DNA of 64,000 nt from positions 42,842,001 to 42,906,000 of the forward strand of contig OZ287756.1 in assembly GCA_965649765.1 (NCBI GenBank). Reading direction: 5' to 3'. Under the pieces are notes generated by a model. That model saw only the letters and a list, made by a program, of their open reading frames with translations, made no database searches and had not been told where the DNA came from. How positions within the stretch are numbered: position 1 is the first letter of the stretch; each line of letters begins with the position of its first letter. This DNA comes from Bispira polyomma (lineage: Eukaryota). Shown here piece by piece: positions 1-11,890 of this stretch. The translations under genes and the position numbers were made by a program.

Positions 1-142
1 CGTATGGAAACAAGCCATAAAAATTGAAACAGTTGCTTAGTCCTTGTTCTTCGTGACACTTATTATTTATTATTCAATCCACATGGCTGCCCACAGACAA
101 AAATGGGCAGATGAGGCCAAGTTAACAAACTAAGTACACCAG

Positions 143-834
143 TAAGCCTACGCTTCCTTTCAGCATATTCCGACGTCGGCCGATTTGTGTGTGTCCGACG
201 TCGGCCGATGTAGCGCTTCCTTTCATCAGATATATACCCAATATTCGTCGGATGTTGCCTTTAAAAATAGCATAAGAATCTTATTTTATTGTGAGTACTG
301 TGCTTCTTTTTTCACCAAAATTCGTTAAGAAACGGCTCAGATATTTAAATTTATAGAGGGGTACCCATTTTTACTTGCTTATGCGTGAGTTGTGACGTAG
401 CTGCAAAACTGACGTCATTATGACGTCACCGTTACGTATTATTTACTGTAGAAGGGAAAATTTATGGGGTACCCATCTATAACCTTAAATATCTCAGCCG
501 TTTCTTCACGGATTTTGGTGGGGAAAAAAGCACAGTAATCACAATAAAATAACCTTTCTCACGCCATTGTCATCGTCAACATCTGACGAATATTGAGTAT
601 ATATAGGATGAAAACTATATATATGATAGCATTTTTGCAGACATTTTTGTTTCCAAATGGGACAGTCCTCCCGATTTTTCCCTCCCTGAGAGATAAAATA
701 TGTTGGCCAAACAGACGTCGGCCGACGTCTGATCGGATCTGATGCAAATCTGCTGAAAGGAAGCACTTGGTAGTATTGTATAATGAGGGAAAAAATCGGC
801 CGATAAAAACATGCTGAAAGGAAGCCTAGGCTTA
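143..834. mobile_element. Non-autonomous DNA transposon (MITE) with 24-bp terminal inverted repeats and an internal palindrome
   Basis: taagcctacgcttcctttcagcat (143-166) is the reverse complement of atgctgaaaggaagcctaggctta (811-834) with 1 mismatch. An inner inverted repeat pairs ~281-368 with ~464-553. No coding capacity. Confidence 0.8.
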
Positions 835-2555
835 CACTTGTTGCACATTTGGGCATTTATTCTAAATACATATTGTTAATACATCAGTATAATGAAACAT
901 CAAAGCTACAACGATCTATATACATACAGTAAGTTTACTTTAGTGTAAGAGCACCCTACTTAGAGTAAGATGACTGTATAATTTAGAAAAATAGGGGTGA
1001 CATAACTTGACCTAAGGTCACCCTAATTAAAGGACAAATTTGTCAAGAGTTTAATACTTTGGGTGATTGAGGTCACCGTTAGAAATTTACAAAGTTACTG
1101 AATTTAAGGTTGAAGCTTTACACTATTATACCTCTGTTTAATGTATAATAGTTATGATCATGGGTTTTGTGTTATTTAATTTGCATGTTTCAATACCAGG
1201 GCAATTTCGAAATGACACCCAAACTATTTAATCTTATTTAATTGTCTTATTAACTCATTTCAACAGAAATGTATCCAACTTGCCACACTTTTAATTGAAA
1301 AGTTAGCTTTTTAGGTTATAAATTGTTTCTTCACAATGCATCATCATTCCAAAAATCTGCAAAAAAAACAAAAAAACACCTTGGGTAAATATGTCCAATA
1401 TAGCCGACAAAACGAGTATGTTAAGGAATAAATTGGCATAATATACCTTTTACAAAGCATATTTGAGTGATTTAAACGGCTAGAATATGTATTTGGAGGA
1501 TTGGCAGACTTCTAGAAAAGAGATTTTCCTGATCTGACAGCTTCATTAAAATCCAAAATAAGAATATTAAGCAATAAAAGTGTACTCTGTTATTTATTAG
1601 ATTTAGCTTTTGTTCTGTTTCTATAAGAAGCGTTGATATCATAATGTTCAGTGCAAGTTGCATAACCTGCCTGACTCTGATTTTTTTTCCATTTTTGAAG
1701 TCGAGCAGCTGTAGAAGATCAACATGAAATATCCTAGTCGCAAGCATGGAATTTAATGCTGCATCACATAATAATGGGTTGAGTATATACAGGTGAGGTC
1801 AATTGGATTCAGGTCTATCATTAGAAGATAGAGGAATGACGATGGTCCAGGGTGGCTACCTTTCTATGTTGCCTGCATATATTCTGACCATCTTGGTATT
1901 TTAGGGCTCACAACCATTAAAGCTTTTAAAGAGAACACCAATACTTGAGGTTGGGTAATCAGCATAGTGCAATGGCAGTCTACCATAGTACAATTATTTT
2001 AATCCATTACATGCTGGCACCAAAAAAACAACTGATATTGACATGCCAGTATATCTGTGACTCTTGGGATTTTATGGCTGCTCTTTATACCTGGGGTAAT
2101 GGTTTCAATCATACCCATTTCGTGTAATGTATGTTATCTGCAACATACTGTACAAAGTTATCTGGTGCATAATTCTCTATATGTACACCTTGAGTGACTG
2201 ATGATCTGTTTTGATTACATCATGCATAAAATAAGATATGGGAACTCTTTGTGATGATGTCACACTATTATGAAGTCATAGTCCTTATTATGATGTCACA
2301 AAACTCCTTTAATACATAATAGAAGGATTGTACCACATTAATAAAGACCAAGTTTAATATAGTAAACATAGTTAACAACATGCAATAGCAACACTTGCAA
2401 GAACTATACATAATTTTTAAAGTTGCTTTATTAGAAATATAACTGAACCCATTATTAATTACTGCATTAATAGTTGTTTAAATAATTTTTTGTGGGGCAT
2501 TCATTGTGGAACAGATGACAAACATTAAAATTGACATATTAGCCATCAATGTACA

Positions 2556-2814
2556 TTTGAATTGAATTTGAATTGGGTTATTTAACGTCCACTCTAGTAC
2601 CTGTTTAGGTTATATTGGGACGGGTAGTTGGAAATACTGGAGAAAACACTGGATACACTTGATCAAGGTTCTGCACTGAAACCAACGGCCCACAGTAAGG
2701 AACTACGACCTTTCCCACATAGGCATCGACGGGATTCGAACTCACACCGCCCAGAGGTGATAGACCACTGATTGTGAAGTGCAATGCTTGCTAACCACTA
2801 GGCCACCACGGCCC
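2556..2814 (-). mobile_element. tRNA-derived SINE, full-length copy
   Basis: On -, A box TGGCCTAGTGG and B box GTTCGAATCC, with an (AATTCA)n-like tail. TSD gccat(c/t)aatgtaca at 2542-2555 and 2816-2829. Matches the other copies in the window. Confidence 0.92.
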
Positions 2815-3094
2815 TGCCATTAATGTACAGTTTAATCACACAAAAAGAAATCACAGTAACTTTTATGTAGTAACCCAAAAACACAGAAATCTCTAATTGG
2901 CCATATTGGATTTATGCAAATTAGGTATATTTTCCCAGGTGCAAGACTAAGCGTGGCCTTAAAACGTAATATCAAAATCTTTATTGGAAGCCAATGTACA
3001 GATTTGAGAACATCATATTTCCTCATATGGCAAAACAAGCATGCAGCAGCATTTTGAACAAGTTAAAGTTTGTGAATTAGAGTTTGTGGTAGGC

Positions 3095-3450
3095 CATAGT
3101 CACGAAACTGCGGTGCAAGTGGCTAACGCAATGGTCAGCAGCCGGCCAGACTATTGCAACTCCTTGCTGTACGGTATAAATAAGGCCAACATAACAAGGC
3201 TTCAAAGAGTTCAAATTGTCCTCTGCTGTATTCTGTAAAGGCTTAGCAAACTTAGCCATGTCTCAACCTACCTAAAGTGAATTCTTTTTAAATACAACCT
3301 TCTTCTGTTTAAAGCCATCAAACTCAACCAACCTCCTTATCTCTCCTCGCTTATCAAATTTAGTAGCCTTACCCGGGGAAACCGCCTCTCAGTTTCCTCA
3401 ACCCGATAAAACAGAAAAATTGGTTGGCGCGGGTTTGCCCTTGCAGCATC
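3095..3450 (+). pseudogene. L2/CR1-type LINE 3' fragment (post-RT region)
   Basis: Translation VANAMVSSRPDYCNSLLYG...RLQRVQ matches the SRLDYCNSLL motif also present in the L2-like copies at 51-53 kb and 62-64 kb. Confidence 0.75.
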
Positions 3451-3858
3451 TATACATTTACTATATTTAAACTTCCTACTGTATAAGTGTGCATTATGAC
3501 AACTTTATAGTTTATTTAACACAAAAACATGCAGTTGCACCTCTTCGAATTTTATAATTATGTAAGGAGATTTAGCAATAAACTATTTATTCCAGGACCT
3601 TTCTTCTTTACCTTTCAATTGTCAACTGATGTGGAGGTGTATGACAAAAATCACCATGTTTGACTTCTGCTATTAAGATAAGTCACAACTACTTTACAAC
3701 ATGTGTTCATGACGTCACCTTACCAGTTATATTGGTGCAACAGCTCATTATATACGATAATATATAATCGTGATTCACATCCGGGGTTAAAACAAGATAA
3801 AAATACAGTGCCTAAAAATTGTTGTGTGATTTTTTGATACATAACTATGTTCCACGCA

Positions 3859-4190
3859 TGTGGCAACGATAAATGTAACAAAAACTACAAATGTAGCTAT
3901 AACCACAATTGTAACAATTTCCAACCACATATGTAGCTATAACCACAAATGTAGCAATGTCCAACCTTAAATGTAGTAATCTCAAAAAAAGTTATACCCA
4001 CAAATGTAGCAAATTGAGAAACCACAAACGTAATAACCACAAATGTAGTAAATCCAAAAACCGCAAATGTAACAAGTACTAAAATGTAGCTATAACCACA
4101 AATGTGACAATTCCAACCACATATGTAGCTACAATCACAAATGTTACAATATGCGACAACAAATGTAGTAATCTCAAAAAATGTTATATC
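3859..4190 (+). repeat. Array of ~20-bp degenerate subrepeats (aaccacaaatgtagctat-like); left arm of a long inverted repeat
   Basis: Recurrent CACAAATGTA core. 3859-4075 is the reverse complement of 9095-9311. Confidence 0.85.
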
Positions 4191-5304
4191 TCCAATTGTT
4201 TTCTGATATTCCTATCCATTGATGTCCCATAACTACATCATAAATTTCAAACTTGAAGGACAAATAATGACTAGATACAAGTCCACTTTTGCCTACGAAC
4301 AAATTAGTAGATATTGTTTATGGCTTATTCGCAAGAAATGCATCACACATTTTTACTTAAACTTATTTACATAACCTAAGCTTTATTTTAAAATAATCTA
4401 ATCTAACTTTTATAGCACTTATCTCTGTGCTGGCGGATTGTAAGGTGCATGAGACAGGAAAATCATTTTTATAATTTCATATAGCTATTGGACGTGCAGG
4501 GGTTATGGCAATAGGGATGCAGGAAATGGTGGGGAGGCTAAGGTAAAAAAGCCTTGCTAAAAAGGTATGTATTGAGCATCATTTTAAAGTGAGGAGGCAG
4601 TGCGGAAATCATGAGGCAGATCATTCTACAGTTGAAGGGGCTGTCCCACTATGCTGATCATAGCTCCCGACCATTCCAAATATACGATCGGTATATAATC
4701 TGGATAATATTCGGGACATCGGTGAGTTGTCCCGACTTATTGTGATCACTCCGGACACTCTTGGTTACTCATGCAAATTAAGTAACATGTTAGGAAACCT
4801 CTGCGATTGGATGACCTTCAGCCAATAGGTTTGAGTCAATTAGGGTCAATCGTAAGCTGCTAAGAAGTTGTCTTTACCTTAAAACAACCTTTTCAATCAG
4901 GATCTAAATCGGGAGTAAATTTAGCCATTATGATAAGGATTTATCGTCCCATCCGTCGCGATGGGTCGGGGGCATTACGAGTTATTGTCCACTTATCCCA
5001 AGTTATCTTGTCAGATGTTAACAATAGGTCGTAAGAAATGGCCCGATTGTAAAGATAGCTCAGGAAGACTAACGATAGGTTGGGTGGAACAAAGGATAAC
5101 TCTGGAGTGAAAACCATAATTTGGGCGTAAATCGGGAGTGAGAAGGGGATTGTATAAAATGCAGACGAGTCACTCTTTTTTAAACAGATTTATGCTAGCT
5201 TTGGCAATTTGTTGAGAAATATGATAATAGATGATTTTAATAGGGTTTTATTTTTTATTTTAAAAATTAGTGAGACTAGGTTTATTACATATTGCAATTC
5301 AATT

Positions 5305-6506
5305 ATGCCAGGAAAATGGAGAGCTACCAAGAAGAGGAGAGTACAGCCAGTACAGGAGGAGAGAGAATTTGAAGTGGGAGACACAGATGATGAGGGAATT
5401 ATTCCAGAAACATAACAGTCCACGATAGAGAGTAACAACCTAGAACTTTTGAACAGTTCAACCAGAACACACAGGATACACAGGATATGCGCGAAACACA
5501 GGATATACCGGTGAGGTGGCGGCAGCCTTCGGTCAAAAACAGAAGTAGGGGGAAGATGAGGACTGTGTTGTTAACTGATGAGCAGGAGGAGGCTGTGGTG
5601 GACTTCCTGAAAGAAGTGCTATCCACAATATAAAGTCACTCAAAAGAAGAACATAGTTCCAATCCCAGAGGACTATCTTCGGCAAGTCCCAGCTGGCTTC
5701 AAGCATAGCCAAGTCTTCAACAGCCTTCGGATCCTTTACCTCTATCCAGGAGCGACAGCTCAGCATTGAATTGCGCGATTCTATTAGAAGGATGGAAGAA
5801 ACAAGAACAGGGATCCTGAAGGAGGCCAAGAAACCCCAAGCTGAATCCCGTCGATGCCTATGTGGGAAAGGTGGTAGTTCCTTTCTGTGGACTGCTGGTT
5901 TCAGTGCAGAACCTTGATCAACTGTATCCAGTGTTTCCTCAAGCGTTTCCAACTACCCGTCCCAATATAACCTAAACAGGTACTAGAGTGGATGTTAAAT
6001 ATCCAAATTCCTTCAACCTAATAACCACACTCCAGAAAAGGGCAGCAGCTCCCACAGCAGCTATTCAGCCAAAGCAACAGGCTTTTCCCCACTACCAGAT
6101 GGTACTTCCAGCTTACATTCCTCAGCCACCACAACAGGGACACTACATTTATTAACAGCCACCACCACAACTGCCACAACCAAGACCACAAGCACCTCCT
6201 CCAAAGGCACAGCCCAGGCCACATGTGATTACAATACAAACATTACCTACATTACCATTATTGCCCAGCACCAGTAGTCTTCAAAGCCAGCAAGTGATAT
6301 CTGGAGGCAGCACGACTAGTTGGATTAGTGGGAATAATGGAGCGTACTACCAAAACCTACTGTCAGGCTTAGATTTAAACACACCAGACGTCAGCTACCA
6401 GAACATTCAGACTCCTGCAGGCTTCGGGGATGTGGCTGACATACAGCCACCAACAGACACCACAACCACCACAATTTCATCAGCAGCCACCACCACCGAC
6501 AACTAG
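5305..6506 (+). pseudogene. Harbinger ORF2 remnant (putative Myb/MADF-like DNA-binding protein), interrupted by a SINE
   Basis: Lies inside the TIRs, convergent with the transposase. Fragments MPGKWRATKKRR... and LTDEQEEAVVDFLKE, then a Q/P/T-rich low-complexity C-terminus. Stops and frameshifts present. Confidence 0.55.
5843..6010 (+). mobile_element. 5'-truncated copy of the tRNA-derived SINE
   Basis: Starts within the B box (gaatcccgtcgatgcc) and runs to aaatatccaaattc. Collinear with the 55517-55783 copy. Confidence 0.9.
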
Positions 6507-7089
6507 CCACTCCTCTCCTCCTCCATCAGTCATGTGACCACAAATCGGCCCTTTTCAGGGCCACCCAAATCATCCAAGAACATGATTTGAGCAATTGTTT
6601 AAAAAATAATATAAAAAAAACCCTCATGACAATAAGCAAATTGAGCCCACAAATAACTTATCTCACTTACACACAAAACAAAATATACTTGCCCCCACAC
6701 ACAAGTATAAAATAATTTTTTAAAATATCAAACATACAAAAGCCCTTCCAAATATAATCCCCCTTTATAATATGAAGTCCTTCCTAATGTAAACTCCAAT
6801 AAATTTGAAAACCCATTAAAGTAGAAGTTTTTTAAGACAATTTCCCCTTAAAATAGTTCTACTTAAAGCGGTTTACCAAGTTAAAGAACTGATAATTTTA
6901 TTTTTATGTTGTCCAAATTAAAGGGGAAATAATTTAACAGACTTCTATACAAGTGCTTTGACCATGTTTCATTTACCTGGTTTCAAAATAAAAGGGGAAA
7001 TTCTACTTGAGGGGGTTTTTACAAGGGTTTGAACAGTTATGAATTTAATTTCATTACATATGTAGGGGGTTGGGGGATAGGTTTCTATT

Positions 7090-7884
7090 GATAGGTTGAC
7101 TATCTGGGAATTAGACCAGGAGCCACAGGAACCCAGGTCTACCCACATGAAGCGGTACTCAGCATCCACCAGGGCCAGCATAACAATGGAGTGGAATTCA
7201 TTGTGGTTGAAATACTCACTCCCCCCTTTTTTGGACATCTCATTGCTATGTGTTGCCATGTATGGCACCCAGGGCATTAAGGACATTCCAGGTGTGTCTG
7301 TATACAGCTGTGACCTTCTTCCAGCTCTCTGGGGTGGTGGTGCAGCAGAGAAATTCCTCCTGGAATTCGTCAATAATAGCCTGGCAAACCTCTGGAGCAA
7401 ACATAGTGAAGGTTGACCACCCTACTGGGAATGCATACTGAAATGAGGTGTAAAACTCCCTAGTCACCAAATGCCTTAAAGTTATTTCAACCTGCAGTCC
7501 GGGTGACAGTACTTTGCGGTACCAGATCGTATTTTACCAATTCTGTGGGCCACCGTCCTCTCTAGTTCCTGGAATAATCCCGGGTTATGCTCAAAAAGTT
7601 CCCATACAATCGTACATCTTGTGCCTCCATCCGTGGCAGAAGTGCCAATTAGTGACCGTACTCCTACCTATCCCTGAGCAATGGTTTAACCCAGAGCCTC
7701 CATCGTGCTCTGCTTCTCTGCATTCCTACATTATTATCCTGATTCTGTGTCGGTATGACATTTTGTCTTCTTCTTTGACCTTGAAAATCTGTAAAAATGC
7801 AAGTAATTGTACCAGCATAAATGCTAATAAAGCTTGTACAATTTCGGCCATTTCTATTATCTTTGTGGTAGCATGTTGCTCCAT
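7090..7884 (-). pseudogene. Harbinger/PIF DDE transposase remnant, 3'-truncated
   Basis: Fragments WNVLNALGAIHGN (cf. WNFP..LGAIDGKH) and YFNHNEFHSIVMLALVDAEYRFMWVDLGSCGS (cf. YYNYK.FHSIVL.ALVDA.Y.F..VDVG..G). Frameshifted. Confidence 0.88.
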
Positions 7885-9094
7885 CAACTTCTCAATTAAA
7901 ACTGAACAGTCTGGATTTGTGACCAGTGCCCCTTTCTATATGGTTTTGGAGGCAAATTACAAGGTTCCGTACGTCTCCTAATTGCAAAATTGCAGGATAC
8001 ATCTTGCCAATTGGGATCCAGGTAGCAACCTATCGGGATCGAGGTAACAACCTATCTTTATGATCGTAAGTGGTTTAACGACATATCTTTGTCAATCGGG
8101 CAGATATATTTGGTTCGTACCAGTCAAATCCCCGATCTTACAGGATCTATTGGGCTTTGCTCCCAACCTATCGTTACAATAATCAACCAATACAATTATA
8201 GTCATATGACGTAAATTTTTCTGCCATTTTTTTAAGAATCGGGGCAAAATACTAACGATTCCTCCCGACTGCACCTCCCAATAGATCTTGATAGTGGGAC
8301 AGCCCCTTTGGGAGCCTCAAATGAGAAACTATGGTTGAAATGCATTTTTGACTTATGAACTGATGGTACAAAAGGTAGAGACAGATACAAGGAGACAATG
8401 ACTGAAATATCCTGAATTAAGGCTTCTGTAGAGTAAGGACCAGTTTTGAATATTGACTTCAGTCTGTTGTGACATCCCAATGCAAGTTTGAAACTAGATT
8501 AGTACGAGGTAGATATTTAATTTGAGCCACTTTTGATCCATTTGTGAGAGAATAAAGTGGAGGGAATTACGTATTAACAAAACTTATTATTACAGCATAT
8601 CTTTGGTTGTTTATAAAGCATAGAACTGAATATTAGATTGGTCCTTGCGCCCCCCCTCCTCCCCTCCCCTCCCTTAACATCAGTTGTTACCGAGCTGTAC
8701 CCTCTAATCCCTGGTGGGTATAAAACAGTAGCATAGTGTGCAATACTAGATAAATACAACCTTATGCACATATACACAAAAGTATCTTAAAAAACAAGAT
8801 GGTTTATTATTAATTTTAGAAATATGCATATATATATTTTTAATATTATTACGGGGTAATTTTAAGTAATACGCACATATGACAGTAATCCACACTATTT
8901 AAAATTTAAGGTTATAGTTAATGGTTTTACAAACAAAAGACCATAAAACAAAAATTTTGTCAAAGATGATTTTCTTTTTCAAAATTAGAGGATGTTTGTA
9001 ATCATGATCCAATGTTTAAATCATCCATTAACAAATTAATATGCATTTTACAATGTCTCAAGGTCAAACAACCATTTTAGTCTTGGTCAATCTG

Positions 9095-9311
9095 TTTGTT
9101 ACATTTGCGGTTTTGGGATTTACTACAATTGTGGTTATTACTTTTGTGGTTTCTCAATTTGTTACATTTGTGGGTATAACTTTTTTGAGATTACTACATT
9201 TATGGTTGGACATTGCTACATTTGTGGTTATAGCTACATATGTGGTTGGAAATTGTTACATTTGTGGTTATAGCTAGATTTGTAGTTTTTGTTACATTTA
9301 TGGTTGCCACA
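9095..9311 (-). repeat. Inverted copy of the 3859-4075 subrepeat array
   Basis: Reverse complement reads tgtggcaaccataaatgtaacaaaaactacaaat..., collinear with 3859 onward with few substitutions. Confidence 0.85.
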
Positions 9312-10959
9312 GTCTCTTATGAATATCAGTATGGTGAAAAAGCAAAGCTGTACCTTTATACATTAACTTATGAGAAGACACTTGCTTATTCACTGCCAGG
9401 AAGTAGAAAATGGAGACTGCAGAATCTGAAAGTTTGGTTCTGAACCAGGGATTATGCCCTTTACAAGCCCTTGACAGTGCATCTTGCTTAACTTGATTCT
9501 TGTAAGAACTTTCTACTGTCAAAAGATTGGTAAGAATTTTATTGAATGGAAAACCATATCCTTTTGAGAAAGCAAACTGCCCTGGAATTAGATTCAAAAT
9601 CTTCCCATACTTGCCAGTACCGTTGAAATGGCCTCCAGGAAGTGATTACCTTTATACTCTCAATTCGTTCTGCATCTGGTATTTCTGGTCATGCCTGATA
9701 GCAGGGTACTTATCTTGATTCTTGTCACCAACAAACCAATCACGGTTCTGGTAAATATTGTCAACATTACCCTGATTCTCTGTATTTAAATAGCTTATAA
9801 AAACTGATTCATGTGTGCTGTTTAAATCTGCCAACTCATCCTTGGAGCCGGAGAAATGTTTCTTGCTGACAGTTACTCGGACCAGGACACTGGACCATCC
9901 ACGGCTCTGGCAAGCAGTTCTCAGAGTTTGAAAATGTGGGAGTTGAGTTGGTTTGGTTGGATGTACCCGTAAGCATTTTGGAAACTTCCTGCCCCGAGTT
10001 CATCTATTTATACGGTCGCCTTTAACTAGGCTGTTGAATTCTGAAGACAAAGCAATTTGGAAACAACTCCACCAACATATTGCTATACATCTTGAAGTCT
10101 ATCATTTCTTATGTCCTCTAGTAATGCATATTTAAAACATTTAAGAGAAGGGGAAGGGGAACATATTTGTTGAATTAAACTGTAGTTTTAATACAAATGA
10201 CACAGCAACAAGATAAGAGTGGCCCATGAGGCCACATCGCTGGATGACTGTGAGGATTAACCTAAAGTTACTTTAAATGAGGATCTTAAGGTGGCATTAA
10301 ACTTAGACTTTATTGTATAAATACAAGGCTGACCTCTTATGTAGAACCTAATGGTATAGGACAAGTTTATGCCCAGGACCAGTTGGTGATTTTACAGTCA
10401 CCTCCTTGATGCCTAGGTAATTTCTCCTAAAATGTCGGCGATTTTAGTTTTAGATGGTGCTATGTCTAGGTAGGGGTTCATTTTTGTGGGTGTCCTATTT
10501 TCATAGATTATTGTTACTGATATTGATCACCCTCCCGCAATTACCCTTATAAAACAACAATGTTCTTATTATAACAATTGGAATGGTTCTTGTATCCGTA
10601 CATTCCTAAAATAAATTATACCAGATAGCTGTGGCCAGAGAACACTTGCTTATGTAGAAATAGGAAACATTTTCATATAGAAAATACAAGATCTGTAATC
10701 CAGTAATAGTAAGATTTGGAAATTATATATTTTGAGATGATATTGTTGAGGCAAATAATAACTGAAGCACATTGGTTCCTGAAATAGAAGAGCCAACAGT
10801 AAAGGAAAAACATAAGCACTTCTTTGATCCTGAAGGAGGAGGTGAAGTTTGACCCGCTCAACTCATTTCCAGCTCATAATTTCGGAAGTTTGTTGCACAT
10901 GCCAAACCTGTAGGACCCCTAATAAGCAAGATATAAGGGTCTAAAGTATAGAAATACAT

Positions 10960-11890
10960 TTGACCTTGAAGGAGGTCAAATGACAAGATGGCTGTCAAAA
11001 TTGGAATTGTTTTGAAAAGTTGATATTAGCATTAAAAATCAACCCTATTGGTCGAAATGAGCTTGAAATCGCTCTATTTCGCACCATTTCCGATATAACA
11101 GACATTAAAAAAAAGACACAGAAATTCAAGATGGCCGCCAAAATCAAAATCTTTTTGAAAAGTTTATATCAGCTTTAAAAATTCGCCCTATGGGTTGAAA
11201 ATGAGCTTGAAATCGTAAAAAAAATCCCATAAAAGTTGACATAACCCTGTTGCTTGAAAATGAGATTAAAATGCTCTATGTCCGCTAAATTAGAAATTCA
11301 ATATGGCAGCCAAAATCAGATTTTCTTTGAAAAGTTGATGTAAGCTTTTTAAAATCAGCCCTATAGGTCGTTATTGGGCTTGAAATCGTTTCCGAGATAG
11401 CAGAAATTTTCGAAAATGAAAGAAATTCAAGATGGCCACCATAATTAGAATTTTTTTAAAAAGATTATATTTGCTTTCTAAAATTAGCCCTGTGGATCAA
11501 AAATGAGCTCAAAACCACTCTATTTCACCCCGTTTCAAAGAAAACAGAAGTTTTCAAAAAATCGCAGAAATTCAAGATTGCCACCAAGATCTGATTTTTT
11601 TTGGAAAAGTAGTTATTACCTTTTCAAAATCAGCCCTATTAGTCAAAAATGAGCTTGCAATCGTTATATCTTGCACCTTTTTTGAAATCACAGACGTTTT
11701 TGAAAAAACCCTGAATTTTTGACATTTGAAAAATTTATGTTATATCTCAGTAACGATCGCATATTTTGGGATAGGGTAAAAAAAAAGAAGAAAAATTGAG
11801 CCTTTTCTTTAAAACTTAGGCGCTGCATCTATTGTTCTAAAATTTTAAAAAAGCCACTCGTTGACAAAAGTGCCACTCAACACATTTTTC
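10960..11890 (+). repeat. Degenerate tandem array of ~120-bp units (agaaattcaagatggccgccaaaat...) within an interspersed repeat, possibly Helentron/HINE-like
   Basis: About 6 units sharing aaattcaagatggc, aaagttgata and aaatgagcttgaaatcg. The same unit and its 3' flank recur at ~15066-15330. Confidence 0.7.

Larger units (their letters stand above)
4635..8308. mobile_element. PIF/Harbinger DNA transposon, decayed
   Basis: Perfect 18-bp TIRs aaggggctgtcccactat (4635-4652) and atagtgggacagcccctt (8291-8308). Contains convergent transposase and ORF2 remnants. No clean 3-bp TSD. Confidence 0.88.

Noticed and set aside
9041-9443. Hydrophobic, membrane-like ORFs
   Set aside because: Translation artefacts of the T-rich subrepeat array.
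9298-10135. Coding-looking minus-strand ORF fragments (9298-9597, 9652-9834)
   Set aside because: Interrupted by stops, with no motif I recognise. May be a decayed gene or TE but cannot be called.
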